NCBI GenBank assembly: GCA_027318865.1
Contig: DAHVOJ010000003.1
Coordinates: 10,025-74,024 of the forward strand
DNA: 64,000 bases
Source: a bacterium
Lineage (GTDB): Bacteria; SZUA-79; Acidulodesulfobacterales; Acidulodesulfobacteraceae
Reading direction: 5' to 3'
Program-made: the position numbers and the translations under genes
Shown here: positions 11,637 to 21,751 of the stretch, one piece after another
Numbering within the stretch: position 1 is the stretch's first letter
Layout: every line of letters starts with the position of its first letter
Notes under the pieces: model-generated
Database searches by the model: none
Seen by the model: the letters and a program-made list of their open reading frames with translations, nothing else
Told to the model about the DNA's origin: nothing

Positions 11637-12536
11637 TTATTTTAACTTAGGTTTCATGTTTTTATTTTCTTCGTCTTTAGCGTTAAATCCGGTATAAAGC
11701 CTTGCGCATCCCTCCGCAAGCGTCCTCACCCTCAATATAAAATTCATTCTTTCGGATACGCTTATAAGACCCCTCGCATCGAGCAAATTAAATGCATGCG
11801 AGCATTTCAGGCAATATTCGTATGCCGGTTTCACCAATTCTTTAAGTTTAAAAGAAAGAAGTTTATTAGATTCGGCTTCATACAAATTGAATAATTTATG
11901 CAGAATTTCTCCGTCCGCATATTCAAAACTGTACTTGGAAAATTGCGATTCGTCATCTTTATGTATGTCGCCGTATTTTAAAGAATCGTTCCATTGCAGG
12001 TCGAAAACGACGTCTTTATTTTGAAGGAACATAGCGATCCTTTCTAACCCGTAGGTAATTTCTATCGCCGGCTTAGAAAGCTCGATGCCGCCTATCTGTT
12101 GAAAATATGTAAACTGCGTCACTTCCATGCCGTCGAGCCAGACTTCCCATCCCAGACCCCATGCGCCGAGAGTCGGCGACTCCCAGTCGTCCTCTACGAA
12201 CCTTATATCGTGCATTAGAGGGTCGATATCGACGCTTTTAAGGCTATCTAAATATATCTCCTGAATTTTGTTAATATACGGCTGTATAATTACTTGAAAC
12301 TGATAGTATTTTCCTAACCTGTTGGGATTTTGACCGTATCTTCCGTCGGTAGGTCTTCTGGAAGGCTGAACATAGGCGGCTCTCCAGTCTTCGCTGTCCA
12401 AGCATTTAAGAAACGTATATGGCGCAAAAGTAGCCGCCCCCACTTCTAAATCGTAAGGCTCTAAAATGACGCATCCAAAATCGGACCAAAAGTTCTGGAG
12501 TTTGAATATTAATTGTTGAAATCCGGATATTTTAAT
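11637..12536 (-). CDS. glyQ: Glycine--tRNA ligase alpha subunit (5' end extended beyond the ORF-track GTG; apparent ATT start)
   Basis: The track ORF starts inside the conserved core. Reading upstream in frame gives [36 protein letters not shown], the conserved GlyQ N-terminus. See the finding on the start codon. Confidence 0.8.
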   Translation of the reverse strand: MKISGFQQLIFKLQNFWSDFGCVILEPYDLEVGAATFAPYTFLKCLDSEDWRAAYVQPSRRPTDGRYGQNPNRLGKYYQFQVIIQPYINKIQEIYLDSLKSVDIDPLMHDIRFVEDDWESPTLGAWGLGWEVWLDGMEVTQFTYFQQIGGIELSKPAIEITYGLERIAMFLQNKDVVFDLQWNDSLKYGDIHKDDESQFSKYSFEYADGEILHKLFNLYEAESNKLLSFKLKELVKPAYEYCLKCSHAFNLLDARGLISVSERMNFILRVRTLAEGCARLYTGFNAKDEENKNMKPKLK

Positions 12537-12579
12537 AGTTTTCCCTCTTTTTTAAATGTAAAATGAATTAATTATTATA

Positions 12580-13521
12580 CTAAAGGGCCAACATATTTTC
12601 AATAGATTTTCTTGCTTTAGTTCTAACGTCTTCGGGAATTTTTATAATGTTTTTCATATTAGTCAATGAATCTATAGCATCGTCTAAATGGGTTTTTTTC
12701 ATATTGGGACATACCAGACCGTTATTAGAAGAAATAAAAACTTTATCGGGATTTTCTTTTTTCATTTTGTACATTATTCCTCTTTCGGTTCCGATGATAA
12801 AATATTTTGCGGATGATTCCCTTACGAATTTGTACATACCGGACGTAGATGAAACATGATCGGCGACGTCTATCGTTTCCGGCGTAGATTCCGGATGAGC
12901 TACGAACACCGCTCCCGGATATTTCTCTTTCAATGCCTTAATATCATCTGGTTTCGTTCTTCTGTGCGGAGGACAGTATCCGGGCCAGCATATCACTTCT
13001 TTGTCGGTAAATCTTTGAACATAGCTTCCCAAATTTTTATCGGGAACCATTATTACTCTTTTAGACGGCAAAGAGTTGACGACTTTAACGGCGTTAGCGG
13101 AAGTACAGCATATATCGGAAACGGCTTTACATTCGGCGGAAGTATTGACGTAGGCGATGACCGGGGCGCCTGGATAATCGTTTTTTAAATTAACGATGTC
13201 TTTAGCGGTAATCATATCGACCATAGGACAGCCTGCATTTTCGTTTGGGAGAATGACCGTCTTTTCGGGATTCATAATAGCCGCGCTTTCTGCCATAAAC
13301 CTTACGCCGCAAAAAACTATAATATCTGCATCCGTTTTATTTGCTTTAATGGAAAGTTCCAGCGAATCGCCCTGAAAATCCGCAATCTCCTGAATCTCGT
13401 CCCTCTGGTAGTTATGAGCCAGCAATATCGCATTTTTTTTTCTTAAAAGTTCTCTTAAAATCCTTTGCTTAGATTTTATCAAGTTAAAATTTTCTTCGTT
13501 GTTTCCGTTATTATTATTCAT
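12580..13521 (-). CDS. nadA: Quinolinate synthase
   Basis: 313 aa with LAHNYQ, RFMAESA and the conserved Cys positions (CPM, CTS, CPNM) of NadA. Confidence 0.85.
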   Translation of the reverse strand: MNNNNGNNEENFNLIKSKQRILRELLRKKNAILLAHNYQRDEIQEIADFQGDSLELSIKANKTDADIIVFCGVRFMAESAAIMNPEKTVILPNENAGCPMVDMITAKDIVNLKNDYPGAPVIAYVNTSAECKAVSDICCTSANAVKVVNSLPSKRVIMVPDKNLGSYVQRFTDKEVICWPGYCPPHRRTKPDDIKALKEKYPGAVFVAHPESTPETIDVADHVSSTSGMYKFVRESSAKYFIIGTERGIMYKMKKENPDKVFISSNNGLVCPNMKKTHLDDAIDSLTNMKNIIKIPEDVRTKARKSIENMLAL

Positions 13522-13643
13522 ATTTAACCGTCATATAACCGTATATTGCCGATTATATCTCTAATCCAATTGTCGTTATTATTATATCTGCCGCTTATTA
13601 TTCTATTTATTCTGTTATTATCGTCTTCGAGATTTTTTTTAAC

Positions 13644-13672
13644 TTGTTTATAACATTATAACATAATATAAT
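13644..13672 (+). promoter_or_regulatory. Putative sigma70-type promoter of trpS (TTGTTT-N17-TATAAT)
   Basis: TTGTTT at 13644-13649, 17-nt spacer, TATAAT at 13667-13672. Only 8 nt separate the -10 box from the ATG. Confidence 0.4.
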
Positions 13673-13680
13673 CTAAATTT

Positions 13681-14724
13681 ATGGAATTAAAAATTGAAAA
13701 TGCCGCAATAGCCGACGAATCAAAGTTTAAATATAAAAGAATTTTAACCGGAGACAGACCGACGGGACCGCTTCATCTGGGGCATTATGCCGGCTCGTTA
13801 AAAAATAGGGTAAAACTTCAGGATAAATACGAAACTTTTATCTTAATAGCCGATATTCAAGCGCTTACGACAAATTTCGAACATCCCGAAAAGCTCGGAG
13901 AAAATATTTTTCTCGTTGCCTTAGACTATCTTTCCGCCGGAATAAACCCGAAATTATCCACAATAATAATACAATCCATGATACCTGAAATTTCCGAACT
14001 AACGACTTTTTTTTCTATGCTTATTTCAATAAATCCTTTAAGGCATAATCCTACGATTAAAACCGAAGCAAAAGAAAGGGGCTACAAAGAATTAACTTAC
14101 GGATTCCTAGGATATCCTGTAAGCCAGACTGCCGATATAGCTATTTTTAAAGCAGATTTAGTCCCTGTAGGCATAGACCAGCTTCCGCATATCGAACTCG
14201 CAAGAAAAATAGTCAGAAAATTTAACGAATTATATTGCGGAAAATTAATAGAACCTTCGGCTCTCATCGGCGAATCTCCTAAACTTATAGGACTCGACGG
14301 AAATTTAAAAATGAGTAAATCTTACGGAAACGCTATAAACCTTTCCGACGATTTTGATTCTATAAAAACTAAGATAAAATCCGCTCTGACCGACAAAAAC
14401 AGAATTCATCCGACCGACAAAGGGAATCCGGAAATCTGCACTATTTACTCTTATCACAAGGCTTTTTCCGAAGACGGTTTGATTAAAGAAACCGAATATA
14501 ACTGCAAAAACGGAAAAATAGGATGCGTAAAATGCAAGGAGAATCTGTTCGAAGTTATTAAATCGCTTCTCGAGCCTATGAACGAACAAAGAACTTATTA
14601 TTTAAAGAACAAAGATGAAGTATGGGACATTCTGTTTGCCGGAACAAAAAAAGCTAAAATAATTGCTTCGGAAACGATTAAAGAGGTTAAAAATTCGATG
14701 GAAATATTATATAAGACTTTATAA
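13681..14724 (+). CDS. trpS: Tryptophan--tRNA ligase
   Basis: 347 aa class I aaRS with a HIGH-type motif (GPLHLGHY), KMSKS and the overall TrpRS layout. Confidence 0.8.
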   Translation: MELKIENAAIADESKFKYKRILTGDRPTGPLHLGHYAGSLKNRVKLQDKYETFILIADIQALTTNFEHPEKLGENIFLVALDYLSAGINPKLSTIIIQSMIPEISELTTFFSMLISINPLRHNPTIKTEAKERGYKELTYGFLGYPVSQTADIAIFKADLVPVGIDQLPHIELARKIVRKFNELYCGKLIEPSALIGESPKLIGLDGNLKMSKSYGNAINLSDDFDSIKTKIKSALTDKNRIHPTDKGNPEICTIYSYHKAFSEDGLIKETEYNCKNGKIGCVKCKENLFEVIKSLLEPMNEQRTYYLKNKDEVWDILFAGTKKAKIIASETIKEVKNSMEILYKTL

Positions 14725-14823
14725 ACCCAAAATTTCCTGTTGCAAGTAAACATGCTTTAATGTTATTCTAACAAAGACAAATATTTTGCAAAAATTTACA
14801 AAAAAAACGGAGGAATTATTACA

Positions 14824-15201
14824 ATGGCAAACAAACTTTTTATTATGCTTCAAAACACCTCGCCCTTAAATCCGCACGCTCTCGGGGCCCCTTTTTTTCA
14901 AGCGGCGGCGGCGGCAACCATGGACTATGAAGTAGAAGTAGTTCTCACCGCGGACGCAGGTCTATTGATGAAAAAAGGCGTGGCGGAAAATCTCAGGGTT
15001 AAAGAAGGAAGCCCGAAATCTGTCTATGATTTTATAAAAGACGCTTATGAAGTTGGGGTAGTCTTTAAAGTATGCACGCCGGCGCTGGAATTAAATAACC
15101 TTACTAAAGAAGATCTCATAGAAGAATGCGGCGGCGTCGTGGGAGGCGCCTATGTCGTTGAAATGGTAATGGACGATAACGTTAAAACACTGTCGTATTA
15201 A
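14824..15201 (+). CDS. DsrE/DsrF-like family protein
   Basis: 125 aa. The overall pattern (FIMLQN..., VEVVLTADAGLL, VCTPAL) resembles small DsrE-fold proteins. Recalled from memory only. Confidence 0.45.
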   Translation: MANKLFIMLQNTSPLNPHALGAPFFQAAAAATMDYEVEVVLTADAGLLMKKGVAENLRVKEGSPKSVYDFIKDAYEVGVVFKVCTPALELNNLTKEDLIEECGGVVGGAYVVEMVMDDNVKTLSY

Positions 15202-15851
15202 GCGCCGTTCATATTCAGCGCATATTCTTTAACGCCTTCGAGCAGGGTAAACCTGTCTAAAATTACCGTCTCACACGGCATAGATTCCACAAAAAGCCTG
15301 TTCCGGACAAGTCCGCCCGTAAGATATATCTTCTTGGGCTTCCTTGCAAACCTGTACATAGAGATACATACGCCCTTGATTAATCTTGCGGCGGCTATCT
15401 CGGGTTCTACTCCCGCCGCTACCAGATCGAAAACGTGACCCATTCCGAGAAGTCCGCAGGTTGCCGTTATAAATTCTTTCTGAGGCTCTATTTTTGAATA
15501 ATCGATATTTAAATAATTCCCGAGAATTTCTATAGCCTGACCTGTGAACGCGCCGCATTCGGTATTCCAGTCGGAATGTATAAAACTGCCGTTTTCAAAC
15601 ACTACGTATTTTGCATCCCTCGAACCGATGTCGAGAAGCGTAAAAGAATTATCTTTTATAAGGCTTTTGCCCGCATTAGCAAGGGCGATAATTTCGTTGA
15701 CCGAACGGTTTGCAAATCTGTTAATATTATGTCCCGTTCCCACATCCGCCCTGAAGGTTTTTTCGAGGTCGGATACTCTTTTAACCGTCCTTTCATCAGT
15801 TTCGGTATCTAATATTTTTGCATAGGTCGTTCCCGCATCAAGCAGTATCAT
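15198..15851 (-). CDS. BadF/BadG/BcrA/BcrD-type ATPase (short activase-like protein)
   Basis: N-terminal LLDAGTTYAKI phosphate-1 motif, CGAFTG (compare CAAGTG of HgdC-type activases), C-terminal LTGGLVRN. Confidence 0.55.
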   Translation of the reverse strand: MILLDAGTTYAKILDTETDERTVKRVSDLEKTFRADVGTGHNINRFANRSVNEIIALANAGKSLIKDNSFTLLDIGSRDAKYVVFENGSFIHSDWNTECGAFTGQAIEILGNYLNIDYSKIEPQKEFITATCGLLGMGHVFDLVAAGVEPEIAAARLIKGVCISMYRFARKPKKIYLTGGLVRNRLFVESMPCETVILDRFTLLEGVKEYALNMNGA

Positions 15852-15878
15852 TTCTTTCCTCTATGGGTTAGTTAAATC

Positions 15879-16817
15879 TTAAATAACTTTATTTAATTGC
15901 AAAAATGCCGTTAATTTTGCAACCGTGCTTCTCGTCAGCCCTATATCCATATCTATAAACATTCCGCGCGGATGCTTGTTTGCAAGGTAAGAGGCGAGAC
16001 CCGCCTTCGGACAGAAACTTTGAGAGAAGAACACCGTAGGAACGTCCGGATCGAACTCTAATTCTAATTTAAGGTCCCCGGGGGTCAGATTTTCAACGCA
16101 CCTTGTCCATCCGTATATATGGGTTTCGTCGGGAAAATAATTTGCTATAGAAAAATCCCCCCAGGGAGGCGTTCCCCAAAAAGCGCATTTGGGTTTAACG
16201 TATTCCGGTTTAAACGGCTTTTTCCTTTCAATATCGCGGTAAAAATAACCGGCTATTTTGCCGAACTTTTCGTCTAAGGGAATACCGCTTTTGCAAATAA
16301 AATCGCCCTTTCTTTCGATATCGTTATTTTTTACGCGCCTTAATTTAATTTTAAGCTCGTTTTCGATAAAATCCGCAACAAACCCCATTTCGTTGCATCT
16401 GCAAATTTCGGAATCTTCGATTATTATCTCCGAAATCGGATTTCTGCCTACCAAAACAGAATCCATAACGTCTTCGTTCCAAAAGTCCGTTACCGATAAA
16501 ATGTTGGCGATTATTCTTTTAATCTGGGCGCAATAAGCCTTAGGAAGTATATTATCGGTAGGCTCGGTTATCAGCCGGTCAACCTTGTACATATCTAACG
16601 ACAGAATAACCGCGTCTTCTTTTATTAATTCCTCCATAACTTCTTTTGGAGGAACGCCTATAATTCCTATAAAAGGCTTGTCTTTAGGGTTTTTAAGAAA
16701 AGATTGCTCTTTTCCCCTGACGAATCCGTGCCTCGTTAAAACCATATCCTGCATAGGATTATAATTGTTTTCGTTTCCGCCGTTTTCCAATTTATAAACA
16801 CCTCTGCTCTGTTCCAT
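15879..16817 (-). CDS. Hypothetical Cys-rich protein, possibly a 2-hydroxyacyl-CoA dehydratase-family partner of the adjacent ATPase
   Basis: 312 aa ORF immediately upstream of the activase-like gene. The family assignment rests only on context and scattered Cys residues. Confidence 0.3.
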   Translation of the reverse strand: MEQSRGVYKLENGGNENNYNPMQDMVLTRHGFVRGKEQSFLKNPKDKPFIGIIGVPPKEVMEELIKEDAVILSLDMYKVDRLITEPTDNILPKAYCAQIKRIIANILSVTDFWNEDVMDSVLVGRNPISEIIIEDSEICRCNEMGFVADFIENELKIKLRRVKNNDIERKGDFICKSGIPLDEKFGKIAGYFYRDIERKKPFKPEYVKPKCAFWGTPPWGDFSIANYFPDETHIYGWTRCVENLTPGDLKLELEFDPDVPTVFFSQSFCPKAGLASYLANKHPRGMFIDMDIGLTRSTVAKLTAFLQLNKVI

Positions 16818-16895
16818 AAAATTAATTTTAAATATCCATACTATAATTTTATAGGATTTTGAAAAGTTAATAAATGACTTTTGTCACAAAAAAAA

Positions 16896-17810
16896 TTAAC
16901 AAATATCGCAGATATACTCTGTTGCGGATGTTGACGCAAGTGCTCCCTCGCCCACGGCGGTGGCAACCTGAAGCAATTTTTTTGAATGAGAGTCGCCGGC
17001 GCAAAATACGCCGGGCATCGACGTCATTAAGGTATAAGGATCGGTTTTTATAAATCCATTTTCATCTTGTTCTATATTTTTTAAAAAAGATGTCTGCGGC
17101 TTTATGCCTATAAAAATAAAAACGCCTTTAACGGGCACAGTCTTTTGTTCTTTAGTTTTCACGTTTTCGATAATTATCGATTCCACCGTTTTATTTCCGT
17201 TAATAGAAACGGCGACATGCTCCAATTCCATAGCTATATTCTTTGCATTATGCAGCCTTTCCTGAATTATTTTTTCTGCCCTGAATTCCTTTCTTCTATG
17301 AATTAATGTTATGAATTTAACGATTTTTGTCAGATAGTTAGCTTCTTTTAGAGCGGCGTCTCCGCCGCCTACGACGGCGATATCTTCATCTTTGAAAAAC
17401 GGTCCGTCGCATGTAGCGCAGTATGATACGCCTCTTCCCGTAAATTCCCGTTCACCGGGTATATTCAGTTTTTTAGGGGACGCTCCTACCGTTATTATAA
17501 CCGTCTTTGCCTGATAACTTTCGTTAGCGCCTCTGAGAGTCTTATATTCTCCATTATCCGCTATCTCTTTTATTTCGTCGTATATAATATTTAAACCCAA
17601 ACCTCTGGCATGTTCTTCAAATTTTTGCATAAGCTCTATGCCGGAAAGCGAAGGAAATCCGGGGTAATTTTCTATGTTATCGGTAAGGGATATCTGTCCT
17701 CCGACTGCCGTTTTTTCTATCAAAACAATGTTGAGACGCGCCCTCAAAGCATATATGGCTGCCGAAAGTCCTGCAGGACCGCCGCCGATTATAATTAAAT
17801 CGTAAATCAT
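16896..17810 (-). CDS. trxB: Thioredoxin-disulfide reductase
   Basis: GGGPAG FAD motif, redox-active CATCDG, second dinucleotide fold VVGGGDAA. Confidence 0.9.
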   Translation of the reverse strand: MIYDLIIIGGGPAGLSAAIYALRARLNIVLIEKTAVGGQISLTDNIENYPGFPSLSGIELMQKFEEHARGLGLNIIYDEIKEIADNGEYKTLRGANESYQAKTVIITVGASPKKLNIPGEREFTGRGVSYCATCDGPFFKDEDIAVVGGGDAALKEANYLTKIVKFITLIHRRKEFRAEKIIQERLHNAKNIAMELEHVAVSINGNKTVESIIIENVKTKEQKTVPVKGVFIFIGIKPQTSFLKNIEQDENGFIKTDPYTLMTSMPGVFCAGDSHSKKLLQVATAVGEGALASTSATEYICDIC

Positions 17811-17958
17811 ACGATTTGCCTCCTCAAAAATATTTTATGATTATTTTATGGTTGTTTTATGTAAAAATGATTAATATAATACATTAAATCATATACGGTT
17901 TTTTAAATCAAATAAATCGAACCTTTAAATTAGATAAATAATGTAATAATATAATGTA

Positions 17959-19530
17959 ATGAAAAAATCTTTAAACCTTTTACAGCTCACGTTTGCCTCG
18001 ACAAGCGCAATAATTGGTTCAGGATGGCTTTTAGGCGTTTACGTCAGCGCTAAAGACGCCGGTCCCGCATCTATATTTTCATGGTTTATCAGCGGATTTG
18101 CCATAATGCTGATCGCTCTCGTTTACAGCGAGCTTGGAGCTATGCTTCCGGCGGCGGGGGGCCTTGCAAGATACCCTAAATATACCCACGGAGCATTTCT
18201 GGGATTTATAACGAGCTGGATACTTATTATAGCAGGCGCCGCGGTCAGCACCATAGAAACGGAGGCTACCGTTCAATATCTTAATTTTTATGTTCACGGA
18301 CTTTTTATAAATAAATCGCTTGCGCCGGAAGGGATGATTTTTGCTTTTTTTATACTTATCGTTTTCTTTCTGCTTAATCTGTTCGGAGCTAAGATATTTG
18401 CCAAAACCAACACTTTTCTTACTTATTTCAAAATTTTGATAGTCGCGGCGGCGGCGGGCGCGCTTATTTATGTTTCCGTCAAAAGCGGGAATATTAAAAA
18501 CCTTGAGGGATATAATTTAATGCCCTACGGATACGACGGAATTATGAAAAGTATATCTCTGGGAGGCATTATATTTTCGTATCTCGGTTTCAGGCAGGCT
18601 ATAGATTTATCCGGCGAAGCAAAAAATCCGGGAAGAGACGTTCCCGTTGCTACCATACTGTCGGTCGTTATAGGAATAACGGTCTATACGCTGCTTGCTT
18701 TCAGTTTTATAATATCCGTCCCGCAGGTAAAAAATAATCTATGGAATACGCTGAATTTATCCTCCCCTTTCGTAAATTTACTAAATCTTTACGGACTTCC
18801 CGCATTTGCCTTAATGGTAATACTGGGGGCGGTTATATCCCCTTTTGCAACGGGACTGGTATATATGGGAACTACTTCGCGAATCACGTTTGCTATGTCA
18901 AAAATGAAATTTTTACCGAAAAGTTTTCATTTGAATTTTAACAGGTACGGAACAGCTTATATTTCCTTGATTTTTACATTTTTTCTGTCGGCATTATACC
19001 TTCTTCCGTTTCCGAGCTGGCAGTCCTTAGTCGGCATAATCACGTCGGGAATGGTATTCACTTATATTCTGGGTCCAATAGGATTAATGACCTTCCGAAA
19101 ATTAGACCCTCATAAAAAGAGGCCTTTTTATCTTCCGTTTGCAAACACTATTTCTTTGCTGGCATTTATAGTCGGAACGCTGATAATCTACTGGTCAGGC
19201 TTCGATGTTTTATGGAAGCTCGGCATAGGAATATCCGCGGGAGTTATACTTTTTATTTTTACGAATTTTAATAAAATTAAAAGAAAATTAAAAGAAACGA
19301 TTATACCGGGACTCTGGTTTCTGTTTTATATAATTGCTATTTTAACGGTATCCTTTTTCGGAAGTAAAAGTTTCGGCGGAAAGAATATGCTCAAATCGCC
19401 CTACGACTTGATTGCCGTGATTTTAACCGCCGTCTTATTTTATTTCATCGCAATCAACACCTCGATAAAAAAAGAAGAGATGGAAATGATAATAGAAGAG
19501 GAATTCATCGGCGAAGAGTTTGAGATATAA
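17959..19530 (+). CDS. APC-superfamily amino acid/polyamine permease
   Basis: 523 aa, about 12-14 hydrophobic segments, N-terminal IIGSGWLLG motif typical of APC transporters. Confidence 0.65.
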   Translation: MKKSLNLLQLTFASTSAIIGSGWLLGVYVSAKDAGPASIFSWFISGFAIMLIALVYSELGAMLPAAGGLARYPKYTHGAFLGFITSWILIIAGAAVSTIETEATVQYLNFYVHGLFINKSLAPEGMIFAFFILIVFFLLNLFGAKIFAKTNTFLTYFKILIVAAAAGALIYVSVKSGNIKNLEGYNLMPYGYDGIMKSISLGGIIFSYLGFRQAIDLSGEAKNPGRDVPVATILSVVIGITVYTLLAFSFIISVPQVKNNLWNTLNLSSPFVNLLNLYGLPAFALMVILGAVISPFATGLVYMGTTSRITFAMSKMKFLPKSFHLNFNRYGTAYISLIFTFFLSALYLLPFPSWQSLVGIITSGMVFTYILGPIGLMTFRKLDPHKKRPFYLPFANTISLLAFIVGTLIIYWSGFDVLWKLGIGISAGVILFIFTNFNKIKRKLKETIIPGLWFLFYIIAILTVSFFGSKSFGGKNMLKSPYDLIAVILTAVLFYFIAINTSIKKEEMEMIIEEEFIGEEFEI

Positions 19531-19595
19531 TTATATTGCGATTGCTCGCCGCCTTATTTATCGGCCGCGCCCTTTTCCGTCCGCCGTTTCTGTTT

Positions 19596-20753
19596 TCATT
19601 TTTTAATCCTCATAATTAAGAGATAGCAAATCAAAGAAGATATAATTAGAATCGCCGGTATAAAACCCCGGTAACTTTCATATAATAAACCTGCTATGCT
19701 TCCGCCGGCAAAACTTCCCGAAAATTGCAAGGTGTTGTAAATCCCCATCGAAGTTCCGATAAAAGACTTATCCGAAGAAGACGACACTAAAGAAGGCATT
19801 ATAGGTTCCGTGATGGAAAAACCGGTGAAAAACAGTATTCCGCCGATTATAATTACAGGCAGGGCATAACCCTTGGGATCAGAAAATATAAAAATGCTTG
19901 AAATGCCCATTAATACAAAACTTAGCTTTAAAAGATGAACTTCATATCCCATATCGGCTTTTTTTGAAGCTTTCATCATGGCAAAAAGAGAAAACGCGAC
20001 CATAGGGATTAGAACCTTATAATAATATCCGGTTCCTAATTCATGCTTAACTATTAAAGGCAGGCCGAAAAAGAAAACGGTCATAAAGAAAGACAATAAA
20101 AAACCCTGAACTGAAAGATTTGCAAGCGTTTTGTTTTTCAAAACGGCAACGGCATCCTTAAGTGAAACTTCTATTTCTTTCAGCATTTCTTTGCTCTTGG
20201 GTTCCTCCACCAGAACTATAATTAAAACGGCGGAAATAATGCCGAATATGCCGGAAATATAGAATAAAAAAGGATAACCGAAGTAATAAGAAAGCAAAGG
20301 ACCCATTACGATACCCACGACAAAACTTAATCCTATAGGGATACCGAGAAATGCCATAGCTTTTGTCCTGTCGCTCTCGGAAACGGCATCTGAGACCAAA
20401 GCGAACGCCACCGAACTTTCGGCGGCTACTCCCTGAAGAAACCTCAACGAGATAAGCTCGTAAATATTGTCGGAAAAACCTATTATAAAAGTAAATATGC
20501 CGAATAAAAGCATGCCGAAAAACAAAACGTTTTTTCTTCCTATTTTATCGGAAATATAACCGAACGGAATCTGAAAAATCGCCCTCGATAAGCCGTAAAT
20601 ACCGAATGCAATTCCGATTAAAATAAAACTTGACGTAAATTTTTCGGCGAACAGCACGAAAACCGGCAAAACAAGAAATACCGCAAGCATCCTTAAACCC
20701 ACTACGGAACTCATTGCCGCTATATTTTTTTTTTGCGTTTTGTTAAAAGCCAA
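19596..20753 (-). CDS. MFS transporter
   Basis: 385 aa polytopic protein with the MFS loop 2-3 motif GYISDKIGRK. Confidence 0.7.
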   Translation of the reverse strand: MAFNKTQKKNIAAMSSVVGLRMLAVFLVLPVFVLFAEKFTSSFILIGIAFGIYGLSRAIFQIPFGYISDKIGRKNVLFFGMLLFGIFTFIIGFSDNIYELISLRFLQGVAAESSVAFALVSDAVSESDRTKAMAFLGIPIGLSFVVGIVMGPLLSYYFGYPFLFYISGIFGIISAVLIIVLVEEPKSKEMLKEIEVSLKDAVAVLKNKTLANLSVQGFLLSFFMTVFFFGLPLIVKHELGTGYYYKVLIPMVAFSLFAMMKASKKADMGYEVHLLKLSFVLMGISSIFIFSDPKGYALPVIIIGGILFFTGFSITEPIMPSLVSSSSDKSFIGTSMGIYNTLQFSGSFAGGSIAGLLYESYRGFIPAILIISSLICYLLIMRIKK

Positions 20754-20777
20754 AACGTAGTCTCCGAAAAATCATTA

Positions 20778-21680
20778 TTATTTTCCCGCTCTGATTTGAC
20801 GGGATTGATAGCTTCTTATAGCTCGTAAAAAATCTATTTCCCTGAACTCCGGCCAATATGCATCGCAGAAATAAAACTCGGAATAAGCGCTCTGCCACAG
20901 CAAAAAGCCGGATAATCTGATTTCTCCGCTCGTCCTGATAATCAAATCCGGGTCCGGAGAGCCTTTTGCATAAAGATGTTTTGATATGCTTTCTACGGTA
21001 ATAATATTCGACAGGTAATCGCAGTCATCGACAAAATCCGAAGGACATCGCGGCAGACTGTTTTCTGCCGGAGACGAATCGCAGGAAATAGATACTTTTT
21101 TATTGCCGCCGATGCTTTCGTTGCTTTCATATATATGATTTAATTTATTTTTAATATAAATATTGTCCGAAATACAATTTATTATTGCATCGCATATTTC
21201 CTGCCTTCCGCCGTATCCAACGGCGATATAAAGCTTTAAATTCACATAATCTTTGGTTTTATTCTCAAGCCTGTCTATTACTTCTAATAAATCCTTGGAC
21301 AGAAGTTCCCTTTTGCCTATAACGGAAACTTTTATTTTATTATCGTTTATAAATTTCGAATTTATATAAAATTCTAGCTGGTTTTTTATTATATCCATTA
21401 AATCCAAAACTTCTGATTTACTCCTTTTAAAGTTGTCCGTTGAAAACGCCCAGACGGTAACAATCTTTATATTTAACTCCAAACACCAGGAAAGCACTTC
21501 ATATAGTTTATCCGCCCCCTTTTTATGCCCCCTGCTTGTATCGTTAAAACCGTATTTTTTGGCATATCTCCTGTTTCCGTCTAATATTATTCCGATATGT
21601 TCGGGAATTTTATTTTTTAATATATCTTTTTTAAGCCTATTTTCATAATAAAAATAGGCTATTTTTTTTATTAAAGTCAT
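20778..21680 (-). CDS. uppS: Undecaprenyl-diphosphate synthase (cis-prenyltransferase) with an internal insertion
   Basis: HIGIILDGNRRYAKK, WAFSTDNFKRS and RTSGEIRLSGFLLWQSAYSEFYF motifs. An extra segment of about 40-50 aa lies before the last block. Confidence 0.85.
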   Translation of the reverse strand: MTLIKKIAYFYYENRLKKDILKNKIPEHIGIILDGNRRYAKKYGFNDTSRGHKKGADKLYEVLSWCLELNIKIVTVWAFSTDNFKRSKSEVLDLMDIIKNQLEFYINSKFINDNKIKVSVIGKRELLSKDLLEVIDRLENKTKDYVNLKLYIAVGYGGRQEICDAIINCISDNIYIKNKLNHIYESNESIGGNKKVSISCDSSPAENSLPRCPSDFVDDCDYLSNIITVESISKHLYAKGSPDPDLIIRTSGEIRLSGFLLWQSAYSEFYFCDAYWPEFREIDFLRAIRSYQSRQIRAGK

Positions 21681-21751
21681 TACTTATTGTGTTATAATAA
21701 AATGAATTTACTTTATATCTCGTAAATAATATATCATACTTCAACAAATTT

